From a virus (Duplodnaviria; Caudoviricetes): a stretch of DNA of 55,633 bases. Of this stretch, positions 25,402 to 34,594 are shown piece by piece; the stretch's first letter is position 1; each line of letters opens with the position of its first letter. The notes beneath the pieces were generated by a model. That model saw nothing but the letters and a program-made list of their open reading frames with translations. It was not told where the DNA came from and did not search any database. The stretch covers positions 1-55,633 of the IMG/VR virus record IMGVR_UViG_3300043410_000581; one strand, 5' to 3'. Made by a program: the position numbers and the translations under genes.

Positions 25402-27014
25402 TGAGCGAAATTTCACGTATTCCAATTAAGGACGACTCTTTCCTAAAGGGAGAGATTTTTGACCCATCAGCAGAATTTAAAGCTATGGACCCATTCAATA
25501 AAGACTGGGCAGATGTTCGTAAGTATGCAGGTATTGAGCAAAACTTCAAGCGTCGTGCAGATAGACTAATTGAAAAGCAACAGGTTTCTGATGCGTACAT
25601 GGATTCAGCTCTAGCTATCCAGGGTGGTAGGGAAGATGCTAAGTCAAAAGCTATTAACCCAGGAATAGTCTACAGAAATGCTTACGGTCTATTTGACGTT
25701 ATCACACCACCATACAATCTAAACGAACTTGCAAACTACTATGACACATCATTTGCTAACCACGCTGCTATCGATGCAAAGGTTGAAAACACTGTTGGTC
25801 TAGGCTATGATTTTGCGGTATCTAAGAATACACTGATAAAGCTTGAAGATGTTAATGACAAAGATAAACTAAGCAAGGCTCGTAAAAAGATTGAACGCCT
25901 AAAGATCCAGCTTCGTGACTGGTTAGAAAGCCTCAATGATGACGAAAGTTTTACAAGCATTCTTGAGAAAGTAATGACAGATGTAAATGCAACTGGCAAT
26001 GGATACATTGAAATTGGTCGCACCATTAAGGGTGAGATTGGTTACGTTGGTCACATTCCATCTACTACAATGCGTGTACGTCGTCTACACGATGGCTTTG
26101 TTCAGATGATTGGTAACAAGGTTACATACTTCCGTAACTTTGGTGCTAATAACCCAAACCCAATTACTGGAGACAAGCGTCCAAACGAGATTATTCACAT
26201 CAAGGAATATTCTCCACTAAATACATTCTATGGTGTACCTGACGTTATCGCTGCTATGCCAGCACTAATCGGTGACTCACTTGCAGCACAGTATAATATC
26301 GACTACTTCCAAAATAAGGCTGTACCACGCTACATTGTGACACTTAAGGGAGCACAGCTGTCAGCAGAGGCAGAAGATAAGTTATTCCGCTTCTTGCAGA
26401 CAGGTCTAAAGGGGCAGAACCACCGTACCCTATACATCCCACTTCCTGGAGACTCAGACACAAATAAGGTTGAGTTCAGAATGGACCCAATCGAAAGCGG
26501 TGTACAGGAAGCATCATTTAACGATTACCGTGTACGTAACCGTGACGACATTCTTATTGCTCACCAGGTTCCTCTATCTAAGATTGGTGGTGGAGATGCA
26601 TCTGCTATTGCAGCAGCAATTGCTCAAGACCGTACATTCAAGGAGCAGGTAACTCGTCCAGAACAGACCAAACTTGAGAAGGTACTTAACAAGATCATTC
26701 GTGAAAAGACAGACATTCTTGAAATCAAGTTTAACGAACTTACCCTCACAGACGAAGTGTCACAGTCACAAATTGATGAACGATACATTCGCAATAAGGT
26801 TGTTACTCCTAATGAAATTCGTGAGAAGCTTGGTCTTCCACAGGTTGATGGTGGAGACGACATGGTAGAGCTTACAGCTCGCCAAGCAGCAGATGCTTCA
26901 GCTAATACACGACAAACAAGACAGCGAGATGCAGAACGCACAGCTAACCAGTCAGACGGAGAAGCAACTACTACTGGAAGAAACCCACAGGGAGAGGGAA
27001 GAGCTACACAATAA
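25401..27014 (+). CDS. Portal protein
   Basis: TGNGYIE, NEIIHIK...FYGVP, YFQNKAVP, VTPNEIREKLGLPQVDGGD portal motifs; position before protease and capsid. Confidence 0.92.
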   Translation: MSEISRIPIKDDSFLKGEIFDPSAEFKAMDPFNKDWADVRKYAGIEQNFKRRADRLIEKQQVSDAYMDSALAIQGGREDAKSKAINPGIVYRNAYGLFDVITPPYNLNELANYYDTSFANHAAIDAKVENTVGLGYDFAVSKNTLIKLEDVNDKDKLSKARKKIERLKIQLRDWLESLNDDESFTSILEKVMTDVNATGNGYIEIGRTIKGEIGYVGHIPSTTMRVRRLHDGFVQMIGNKVTYFRNFGANNPNPITGDKRPNEIIHIKEYSPLNTFYGVPDVIAAMPALIGDSLAAQYNIDYFQNKAVPRYIVTLKGAQLSAEAEDKLFRFLQTGLKGQNHRTLYIPLPGDSDTNKVEFRMDPIESGVQEASFNDYRVRNRDDILIAHQVPLSKIGGGDASAIAAAIAQDRTFKEQVTRPEQTKLEKVLNKIIREKTDILEIKFNELTLTDEVSQSQIDERYIRNKVVTPNEIREKLGLPQVDGGDDMVELTARQAADASANTRQTRQRDAERTANQSDGEATTTGRNPQGEGRATQ

Positions 27015-27078
27015 CAAAAATTGTGATATAATAAAACGTAACAATTTTGTTATAAAAAGGCTCTATAATATTATTACC

Positions 27079-28353
27079 ATGACAATTATTTCTAAAGCAC
27101 ACTTCGATGTAGACGGCGACTCAGTCCGCATTTCAATGCCATTCGCTAAGGTGGATGCAGAGCGTCGAATCGTCTCTGGCTTTGCAACATTGGACAATGT
27201 AGATCGTCAGAATGACATCGTAACCCCAGAAGCCTCTCTAAAGGCTTTCTCAAAGTTCAAGGGTAATATCCGTGAGATGCACCAACCATCAGCAGTTGGA
27301 AAGATGGTATCATTCAAAGAAGACAAGTACTTTGATCCAGAGAGCAAGACTTTCTATTCAGGTATCTATGTTTCAGCATATGTTTCTAAGGGTGCACAGG
27401 ATGCATGGGAAAAGGTTCTAGATGGAACCTATTCAGGATTCTCAATTGGTGGCAGAATGAATGACTGTGAGAAGGCTTACGACGAGAAGCTTGACAAGGT
27501 TATTCAGATTATCAAAGACTATGACTTGCTAGAGCTATCACTTGTAGATACCCCAGCAAACCAGTTTGCAAGCATTTTATCAGTTGAAAAAGTAGACGGT
27601 ATTGACAAAGTAAGTGGAGATATTGTAAACTTAGATATTGAGAATGTTTTTTGGGATAAGGACTCTGGACTCGTAACTGTTTCTTCAGACGAGTTAGCAG
27701 TTAGCCCAGTATCAGGTATTCCAATGACCAACATTGGGTTTGTTGAAAAGTCAGACTCTGACAAAGTAGACATGATTAAGTTCTTAGTTGATAGTGCTAA
27801 AGGCATTAACGTCACTAAGATGACACAGGAGGGTAACATGACAGAAGAAAACACTACAGATGCTCCTGCAACTGACGAAGTTGTAGAAGAGGTCGCTGTT
27901 ATTGAAGAAATCGCTCCAGAGGCAGATGCCATTATCGATACCACTGCAGAAGAAGTCGAAAAGGCTGACAAGCCAAAAGACGAAGAAGCTGCAGAGGGTG
28001 AGATGGATGCTACAGAATCTTCTCAAGATGAGGAAGAAGAAGCTGTAAAGAAGTCAGACGAAATCTCTGACATGAAAGAATCTATTACATCAGCCTTTAG
28101 CGAAATTCTAGAGGTAATCAAGGCACAAGCTGCTGAAATTACCGAGCTAAAGAAATCACTCGGACACGTATCAGCCCAGATCGCTGACGCTGAGGGTGAC
28201 TTTAATAATCTTGGAAAGTCTATTGCTGCACTAGAGGCAGACACAGCTTTCCGTAAGTCTGGCGATCTCGGAGAGATCGTACAGGAACCAGCAATGGTTG
28301 AAAAATCAGTATGGGGCGGACGTTTCCTCACAACATCCGATATACTAAAATAG
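27079..28353 (+). CDS. HK97-type prohead protease with acidic scaffold-like C-terminus
   Basis: RIVSGFAT...DRQND, REMH, GFSIGG, ELSLVDTPAN; start reassigned to ATG 27079. Confidence 0.9.
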   Translation: MTIISKAHFDVDGDSVRISMPFAKVDAERRIVSGFATLDNVDRQNDIVTPEASLKAFSKFKGNIREMHQPSAVGKMVSFKEDKYFDPESKTFYSGIYVSAYVSKGAQDAWEKVLDGTYSGFSIGGRMNDCEKAYDEKLDKVIQIIKDYDLLELSLVDTPANQFASILSVEKVDGIDKVSGDIVNLDIENVFWDKDSGLVTVSSDELAVSPVSGIPMTNIGFVEKSDSDKVDMIKFLVDSAKGINVTKMTQEGNMTEENTTDAPATDEVVEEVAVIEEIAPEADAIIDTTAEEVEKADKPKDEEAAEGEMDATESSQDEEEEAVKKSDEISDMKESITSAFSEILEVIKAQAAEITELKKSLGHVSAQIADAEGDFNNLGKSIAALEADTAFRKSGDLGEIVQEPAMVEKSVWGGRFLTTSDILK

Positions 28354-28391
28354 TATCAAAAAATAACAAAAATTTCATGGAGGTGAAAATA

Positions 28392-29483
28392 ATGTCGGAA
28401 GAAATTCAAAAAAATAATCCAGGTGCTACCTACCCTAACGCAGAGGGTGGTTTCGCAGCTGGTGGTATTGGTGGAGTTACTGATCCTGGTTTTGCGTTCG
28501 TTGGGAACACAGCAGATGCAAACTTTGGTCTAACCACAGGTCCTAACGCAGTTAACCCATCAGCTACCGAAAATCCAAACTATCCAGGTGCTGGTATCCT
28601 ACGTCCTGAACAGGCTCGCCGTTTTATCGACTATGTTTGGGATGCAACTACACTTGCTAACGACGGACGCAGAGTAACAATGCGAGCTAACACAATGGAA
28701 CTTGAAAAGGTTAACGTTGGAGAGCGTGTTGTTCGTGCAGCTAACCAGGGTGACGCATCATTCACAAACGCTGGAGCGACATTCTCAAAGGTGGAGCTTA
28801 CTACAAAGAAGCTACGTCTTGACTGGGAAGTTTCAGCAGAAGCACTTGAGGACAATATCGAAGGTGGTGCTCTTGAGGATCACCTAGTACGTCTTATGAC
28901 TACTGCTTTTGGTAACGACATCGAAGATCTCGCTATCAATGGTGCAGCTGGTTCATCAGACGCATTCCTTGGCATCATGCCTGGATTCATCAACACCATT
29001 CAGAACGATGGCTACGCTCACGAAGCCGTTGTTGGTGCTGGTGCAGACTGGACCACAGAGGACATGCAGAAGCTAATCCTAGCTCTCCCACGTCGCTACC
29101 GTGCTCTTCAGAGTGGACTTAAGTTCTACGCAGGAACCGATACCTTTGCAAACATTGTAAAGAACAACGGAACTGTTTGGGACTCAATCGGTTCAACTGA
29201 GGCTGCTCGTGGTTCATACCTAGGAGGAATTGACCAGACCGTTGGTGGTGCTCGTCAGACTCGTGTTCTAGGTGTTCCAGTGCTTGAAGTTCCTTACTAC
29301 CCTGCAGACTATGTAGATCTTACATTCCCTGCAAACCGTATTTGGGGATTCCAGCGTGACATCACCGTCAACCGCTTCTACGTTCCAAAGAAGGACACAA
29401 TTGAATACACCGTATTCGTCCGCTTCGGAATCAACTGGGAAGAGCAAGACGCTGTTGCATTCGCAACCAAGTCAGCTTCCTAA
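28392..29483 (+). CDS. Major capsid protein (HK97 fold)
   Basis: GILRPEQARRFID, VELTTKKLRLDWEVSAEALEDNIEG; biased codon usage; GGAGG RBS. Confidence 0.92.
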   Translation: MSEEIQKNNPGATYPNAEGGFAAGGIGGVTDPGFAFVGNTADANFGLTTGPNAVNPSATENPNYPGAGILRPEQARRFIDYVWDATTLANDGRRVTMRANTMELEKVNVGERVVRAANQGDASFTNAGATFSKVELTTKKLRLDWEVSAEALEDNIEGGALEDHLVRLMTTAFGNDIEDLAINGAAGSSDAFLGIMPGFINTIQNDGYAHEAVVGAGADWTTEDMQKLILALPRRYRALQSGLKFYAGTDTFANIVKNNGTVWDSIGSTEAARGSYLGGIDQTVGGARQTRVLGVPVLEVPYYPADYVDLTFPANRIWGFQRDITVNRFYVPKKDTIEYTVFVRFGINWEEQDAVAFATKSAS

Positions 29484-29504
29484 TAAGTAGATGACACCCA
29501 TTGA

Positions 29505-29539
29505 GGGGGGGTAGGGATAATACCCTACCCCCTTCTTTT
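29505..29539 (+). terminator. Intrinsic terminator after capsid gene
   Basis: GGGGGTAGGG/CCCTACCCCC stem followed by T-run. Confidence 0.8.
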
Positions 29540-29575
29540 AATTTAATGCTATAATTAATAAGACAAGGAGGGATC

Positions 29576-29917
29576 ATGACAGAAATTATCAATGATTCAA
29601 ATGAGGAAGCTGTAGTAGCAGAAGAAGTTACAGAAGCTCCTGTAGATGCAGTAGCAGAAGAAGTAGCAGAGGCTCCAGTTGCCGAACCTGTCGCTGAAGA
29701 GAAGCCAAAGGCTAAAAAGGCTAAGGCTGAAAAGGTTGTAGGTGCAGAAGAAGTTGTTGCACTATTCTCAGAAAGTAACTATTCATGGGATATAGTAGGC
29801 AAGCTAAAGACTGGCTATAACTTTGTAACAAAGTCAGAGGCTGACCAATGGCTATCTGGAACACTTAAGGTTCGTCTAGCAACACCAGAAGAGATTGCTG
29901 CAAAGGCGGCAAATTAA
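29576..29917 (+). CDS. Hypothetical head-associated protein, Glu/Ala/Pro-rich N-terminus
   Basis: ORF with GGAGG RBS. Confidence 0.75.
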   Translation: MTEIINDSNEEAVVAEEVTEAPVDAVAEEVAEAPVAEPVAEEKPKAKKAKAEKVVGAEEVVALFSESNYSWDIVGKLKTGYNFVTKSEADQWLSGTLKVRLATPEEIAAKAAN

Positions 29918-29919
29918 TA

Positions 29920-31074
29920 ATGGAAATTCTTAGAGTCCCACCATATCCAATTGTAACGTCTTGGGATGTACCAGACGCTAATCACGCATACATAATCTAT
30001 GTTGAGGATGTGGTGGACCACTCTATTGAGACCAACTCTGTTACTTCAGATGCCAACGCAAAAGTAACATATACACTGCCACGCTCAAAGGTACAGTTTG
30101 ACCGTGACTTTGTTTTTAGAGTATATGACACAGATCTTAACGGAGAAATTGTTGTAGACTCAAACCTAACTGTCTATAGACCATATGTAGACCCAAACAT
30201 GCTTGGTTCAAATGCAACAGAGGTAGACGATTACAAGCACTGGGAAATAATTGCTCGTGCAATCATGGACTCGTACCTTCAGAATGACTCTGCAAATGGA
30301 GAAGGTTTTTATAACCACAAGCTAATTGTCCAGGGTGTAGGAGAAGGAACAGACTACTATCCAATTTGGCACAATCCAAAGCGTATCCTAAAGGTATATG
30401 AAAACAATATTCTTGTTTACAATGGAGAAGACGTAGCCCTCAATGTTATATCTTCACAACCATCAATGCCAGAAGGACACAACCTCTACGAAACATCATC
30501 TGAAAACAACTTCGCTGTTGGAGACATGGTTACGTTTACAGGCTTTACTCCAGAAGAATATAATGGAACATTCAAGGTTGAAGAGGTATGGTCAAATACA
30601 ACATTCAGAATCAAAAAGGATTTTATTGACAATACAGTAACCCAGTATGGAACAGTTCAAAGATTGTGGAACACAAAATTTGCTATTTCTGCAAATAATT
30701 CAGCTATTATAAAAGTTATTTCTGGAGAGATGAACAGATTTGAAAGTGCCCCTCAGAGGCTCCCACTGGCTGCTGGAGATCTAAACTATTACGGAAGGTC
30801 TGGAACATCGTTCCCTCGTGGATATGACTACACATTCATTCTTGACGTTGGGTACAAGGCTGTTCCACCAGATGTTGAGAAGGCTGCTATCATGCTTATC
30901 AATGACCTTAAGTGTGGAAACAATGAATACTGGAAGCGTTTTGTTACACAGTACAATACCGATCAGTTCAGCATCAAGTACGCACCAGAATTTTTGAAGG
31001 GTACTGGTAACCTGATTGTCGATAAGATTCTAGATGGATATAAGGGTAATGTAATTAAACCAGGGGTGATCTAA
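29920..31074 (+). CDS. Head-to-tail adaptor with inserted domain
   Basis: GYKAVPPDVEKAAIMLI adaptor-type motif; synteny. Confidence 0.7.
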   Translation: MEILRVPPYPIVTSWDVPDANHAYIIYVEDVVDHSIETNSVTSDANAKVTYTLPRSKVQFDRDFVFRVYDTDLNGEIVVDSNLTVYRPYVDPNMLGSNATEVDDYKHWEIIARAIMDSYLQNDSANGEGFYNHKLIVQGVGEGTDYYPIWHNPKRILKVYENNILVYNGEDVALNVISSQPSMPEGHNLYETSSENNFAVGDMVTFTGFTPEEYNGTFKVEEVWSNTTFRIKKDFIDNTVTQYGTVQRLWNTKFAISANNSAIIKVISGEMNRFESAPQRLPLAAGDLNYYGRSGTSFPRGYDYTFILDVGYKAVPPDVEKAAIMLINDLKCGNNEYWKRFVTQYNTDQFSIKYAPEFLKGTGNLIVDKILDGYKGNVIKPGVI

Positions 31075-31526
31075 TGCCTGGTTGCGAAACAACTCCTGAC
31101 TTCATCTTTCCATTATCAGTAGATATCTACTATCCCATAGTTACAACAGGTGGGTACGGAGATATGAAACGCCAATGGGTATTTGACAGAACAATCTCCT
31201 GCTTCTTCTCTAGCCCATCTAGCAAGACAAAAGAGGAAATTCTACCAGAAGCAAAAATTGTAGTAGATACTGCAATCATCGGCAGAGTTAGATCAGACAT
31301 AACACAGTCATCTAGAGGTACCTTTAATTCTACAACTAACATTCTTTTGACAAACATCAGAGATAGAAGTGGAAACATTATCTATAACGAATCGTCTGGT
31401 CCAAGAGTCGGTCTTGCTACTGTTTTTGAAGTAGCCACCTTTTCTCCAGTTGTTGGTCCACTTGGATCAACGGAGTACTATAAGGTAGTATTGAGACGCT
31501 CAGAAAACCAGGCGGTAGATGTATGA
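31074..31526 (+). CDS. Head-to-tail stopper/closure protein
   Basis: Synteny and size; GGYGDMKRQW motif. Confidence 0.6.
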   Translation: MPGCETTPDFIFPLSVDIYYPIVTTGGYGDMKRQWVFDRTISCFFSSPSSKTKEEILPEAKIVVDTAIIGRVRSDITQSSRGTFNSTTNILLTNIRDRSGNIIYNESSGPRVGLATVFEVATFSPVVGPLGSTEYYKVVLRRSENQAVDV

Positions 31527-32200
31527 TAGGTGCTAAGTTTGACGATGCTAAGTTTTTCTCAGAACTAAGCAATATAGTCCAATATGCAGAAGGATACCTA
31601 GACGGTGCACAGCTAGGCAAAACACAAATGCTTTCAAAGATTGGTAAAACAATGAAAGAGATTTTGGAAGAGTTTATAGATGTAAATGCTAGGATAGATC
31701 CATCATCACTACATCACGTATATGAATGGTACCAGTCTGGAAGCCCTGCAGCAAGACTATTCGACATAGATTATTCTGTTACAAAAGGTGGACTATCATT
31801 TGGGTATACCTTTAGCCAGTCACGAAGCATAGCAAATGGCTCACATACCCCATTTTACGATAAAGCATCAATCATGGAAAATGGCATACCAGTAACTATC
31901 AAACCAGTATCAGCTAAGGTTCTAGCGTTTGACAATAATGGAGAAACAATATTCACAAAGGGACCAATCACAATTGACAATCCTGGAGGAGACAACGTTC
32001 AGGGATCTTTTGCAGAAATCTTTGATGATTTCTTTTCAAAATATCTTACACAATCATATCTAGTAGATAGTGGATTCACTAGACATCTATCTACTCCAAT
32101 AGATTTCAAAAATAATCTAGCAAAGGGTAAAACTGGCGGTAGATCAGTAGGTAAACAAATAGGGTATAATTGGATAGTAAAGGCAGGTGACAAACTATAA
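31523..32200 (+). CDS. Neck/tail-completion protein
   Basis: Synteny; LHHVYEW and IMENGIPVTIKP motifs. Confidence 0.55.
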   Translation: MIGAKFDDAKFFSELSNIVQYAEGYLDGAQLGKTQMLSKIGKTMKEILEEFIDVNARIDPSSLHHVYEWYQSGSPAARLFDIDYSVTKGGLSFGYTFSQSRSIANGSHTPFYDKASIMENGIPVTIKPVSAKVLAFDNNGETIFTKGPITIDNPGGDNVQGSFAEIFDDFFSKYLTQSYLVDSGFTRHLSTPIDFKNNLAKGKTGGRSVGKQIGYNWIVKAGDKL

Positions 32201-32727
32201 TGAGTAGAACGTCAATCTTAAACACACCAGCACTATGGGTGAACCATTATTTGCAAGAAAAGCTTGCTGATCTTGGTTTTGAATCCGTACCATTTTTTCC
32301 AACAACACCATCTACGATTAATGACCTAACAGAGTTCTTTCCAGAGGGTGGCGTTATGTGTACATACGACAGACTTATAAGACTTCGTAAGTCACCATTC
32401 CCACACATTAAGTGTGAGCAATTACTTTATTATTTTTACGCTACAGCAGAAAACTCTGTGCCAAACATGGTAAGAATAACAGAGCAATCCCTAAGACTGC
32501 TTGACCGTGAAGATGAGTCAGCAGAAGAAATTAATGAATGGCAAAAGGGTAAGACAATCATAGTTGAGGGTGAGACTCTAGAGCCAAACTTTAGGTTCCA
32601 CAAATTTAAGCTATTCCAATTGCAGGAGTCAAGAGACATCATTAACTTTGCTACAGCAAAAACTTATGGTGGAAATAAACTTATCATCGAATTCGACTAT
32701 CACCTGATAGAAAACCCAAATGCGTAA
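32200..32727 (+). CDS. Tail terminator (putative)
   Basis: Position immediately before the major tail gene. Confidence 0.55.
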   Translation: MSRTSILNTPALWVNHYLQEKLADLGFESVPFFPTTPSTINDLTEFFPEGGVMCTYDRLIRLRKSPFPHIKCEQLLYYFYATAENSVPNMVRITEQSLRLLDREDESAEEINEWQKGKTIIVEGETLEPNFRFHKFKLFQLQESRDIINFATAKTYGGNKLIIEFDYHLIENPNA

Positions 32728-32798
32728 AACGTATGGTATACTTATAACGAGGAAACAAAGCCCCTCTATTCTATAGAAAGAAAAAGAGGTGACTAATT

Positions 32799-33437
32799 AT
32801 GGCATATACACGTGGAGATTCAGCACAGATCATCGTTGGTGCTGCTGCTTTTTTCGTTAGTAAGGTTGCAGAGGCTACTGCCCCTGTATTCGTTGCAGAC
32901 GAAGACTACAAGACAACAGTATCAGATGACACTACAAACTGGAGAAACGTCGGTTATACCAGCAACGGTCTTGAGCTACAGTTCGAACCTGACTTCGGTG
33001 AAGTCAAGGTCGACCAGCTTCTTGACGTTGCAAAGCTCTTCAAGCAGGGTATGAAGGTTTCTATGAAGACTAGCTTCGCAGAAGCAACTCTTGAGAACCT
33101 TCTCCTAGCGATCGCTCAAAAAGATGGCGATCTAACAGGACACACTGAAGGAGCTGCACAAGTAGGTTCAGAACTTGAACTTAAGTCTGGAGAACTTGGA
33201 GAGTATCCTCTAGAGCGTCAGATTATCGCAATCGGTGCTTCAGAGGAAGCAGGTTCGCTTGCTGGAACTGGTACATCATCACAGCGTGTTTACACTGCAT
33301 ACCGTGCCCTTTCAATTGAAAGTGTTACAGTATCAGCTAAACGTGATGAAGCTACTATGTTTGAGGTTAATTTCCGTCTACTACCAGATGAACTTGGTGT
33401 TTACGGTAAGATCGTTGACCGCACTTACACAGCATAA
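32799..33437 (+). CDS. Major tail (tube) protein
   Basis: IIVGAA...VGYTSNGLEL.FEPDFGEVKVDQLLD...AEATLENL; followed by terminator and chaperones. Confidence 0.88.
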   Translation: MAYTRGDSAQIIVGAAAFFVSKVAEATAPVFVADEDYKTTVSDDTTNWRNVGYTSNGLELQFEPDFGEVKVDQLLDVAKLFKQGMKVSMKTSFAEATLENLLLAIAQKDGDLTGHTEGAAQVGSELELKSGELGEYPLERQIIAIGASEEAGSLAGTGTSSQRVYTAYRALSIESVTVSAKRDEATMFEVNFRLLPDELGVYGKIVDRTYTA

Positions 33438-33453
33438 TAACTTAATAACAGAG

Positions 33454-33488
33454 ACTACCCTGGCTTCGGCTGGGGTAGTTTTCTTTTT
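33454..33488 (+). terminator. Intrinsic terminator after major tail gene
   Basis: ACTACCCTGGC-TTCG-GCTGGGGTAGT followed by T-run. Confidence 0.85.
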
Positions 33489-33504
33489 GCGGTATAATTA
33501 AAGA

Positions 33505-34218
33505 ATGCCTACAGAAATATATAAAACTACAACAATCTACACAATAGATGGAGACAAGATTTTTGTCACCCCACTGAAGATAAAATACATGAAGCAGTTC
33601 ATGCAAGAGTTTGATGAAATTAAAAAGTCAACAAGTGACTCAGAATCAATGGAGGTGTTAGCCAAGTGCTGCCTAGTAACTATGCAACAATATTATCCAT
33701 CAATAATGACAATAGAACAACTAGAGGACAGCTTTGACCTGGACACAATTTATACTATTATAGATTTTGGTGCTGGAATAAAAATAAAAAAGAGTGCAGA
33801 AGAGTCTAGTAGTACTACAGAAGAGACAACTATCGTAAAGGACAAGGGAAGTAGCTGGGAAGACCTGGACCTAGTAAAGCTAGAGTCAGAGGCGTTCCTA
33901 CTCGGTATATGGAAAGACTATGACGAACTAGAGTCGTCTCTATGTATGCAAGAACTAACAGCCATCCTTGAAGCAAAGAGAGAGTCAGATTATGAAGAGA
34001 AGAAGTTCCTGGCAGCCATCCAGGGCGTAGACTTAGAGGCAGAAAATAACAAGGGTGGAGAAGACAAGTGGGAAGCCATGAAGGCTCGTGTTGCTGCAAA
34101 GGTTAGTGGCATAGAGAATAGCGGTGGAAACGATATTACATCATTCACTGGTCAAAAGGCAAAGAAGGCTGGATTCGGTATTGGAATGGGTCTAGCTTAC
34201 GAAAAGATAGAATCATAA
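33505..34218 (+). CDS. Tail assembly chaperone, long (GT-like) form
   Basis: Between tail tube and tape measure; N-terminal half is paralogous to the next gene. Confidence 0.7.
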   Translation: MPTEIYKTTTIYTIDGDKIFVTPLKIKYMKQFMQEFDEIKKSTSDSESMEVLAKCCLVTMQQYYPSIMTIEQLEDSFDLDTIYTIIDFGAGIKIKKSAEESSSTTEETTIVKDKGSSWEDLDLVKLESEAFLLGIWKDYDELESSLCMQELTAILEAKRESDYEEKKFLAAIQGVDLEAENNKGGEDKWEAMKARVAAKVSGIENSGGNDITSFTGQKAKKAGFGIGMGLAYEKIES

Positions 34219-34267
34219 AAGTTTATCTTATGATATAATTTAAATAGTCGAAAACAGGAGGAACCAA

Positions 34268-34573
34268 TTGACTACAACAATTAATGAACAAAAAGAGATC
34301 GTACTACTTGATGGTACAAAGATTGTGGCTCGTCCACTAAAGATTTCACTACTTAAAGAGTTTATGAAGACTTTTGATGGTATTGCGGATGTTGCTGAGG
34401 ACAACGAAAAATCCTTGGACGTTCTTCTTAAGTGTGTTGCGATCGCACTGAAGCAGTACGCTCCTGATACTGAAGGAAAGGATCTTGAAGAAATTCTTGA
34501 TCTGCCTACTGTCTACGCAATTGTAGAAGAGGCATCAGGCATCAAGCTAGGCGACAGCCTACTTAGAGCCTAA
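34268..34573 (+). CDS. Tail assembly chaperone, short (G-like) form
   Basis: TTG start with GGAGG RBS and own TGATATAAT. Confidence 0.7.
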   Translation: MTTTINEQKEIVLLDGTKIVARPLKISLLKEFMKTFDGIADVAEDNEKSLDVLLKCVAIALKQYAPDTEGKDLEEILDLPTVYAIVEEASGIKLGDSLLRA

Positions 34574-34594
34574 AAATAAAAGAGGTGTAAATGA

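Noticed and set aside
21574-27014. Terminase expected next to the portal
   Set aside because: No ORF with terminase ATPase or nuclease motifs in the window; it is presumably encoded elsewhere, so no call was made.
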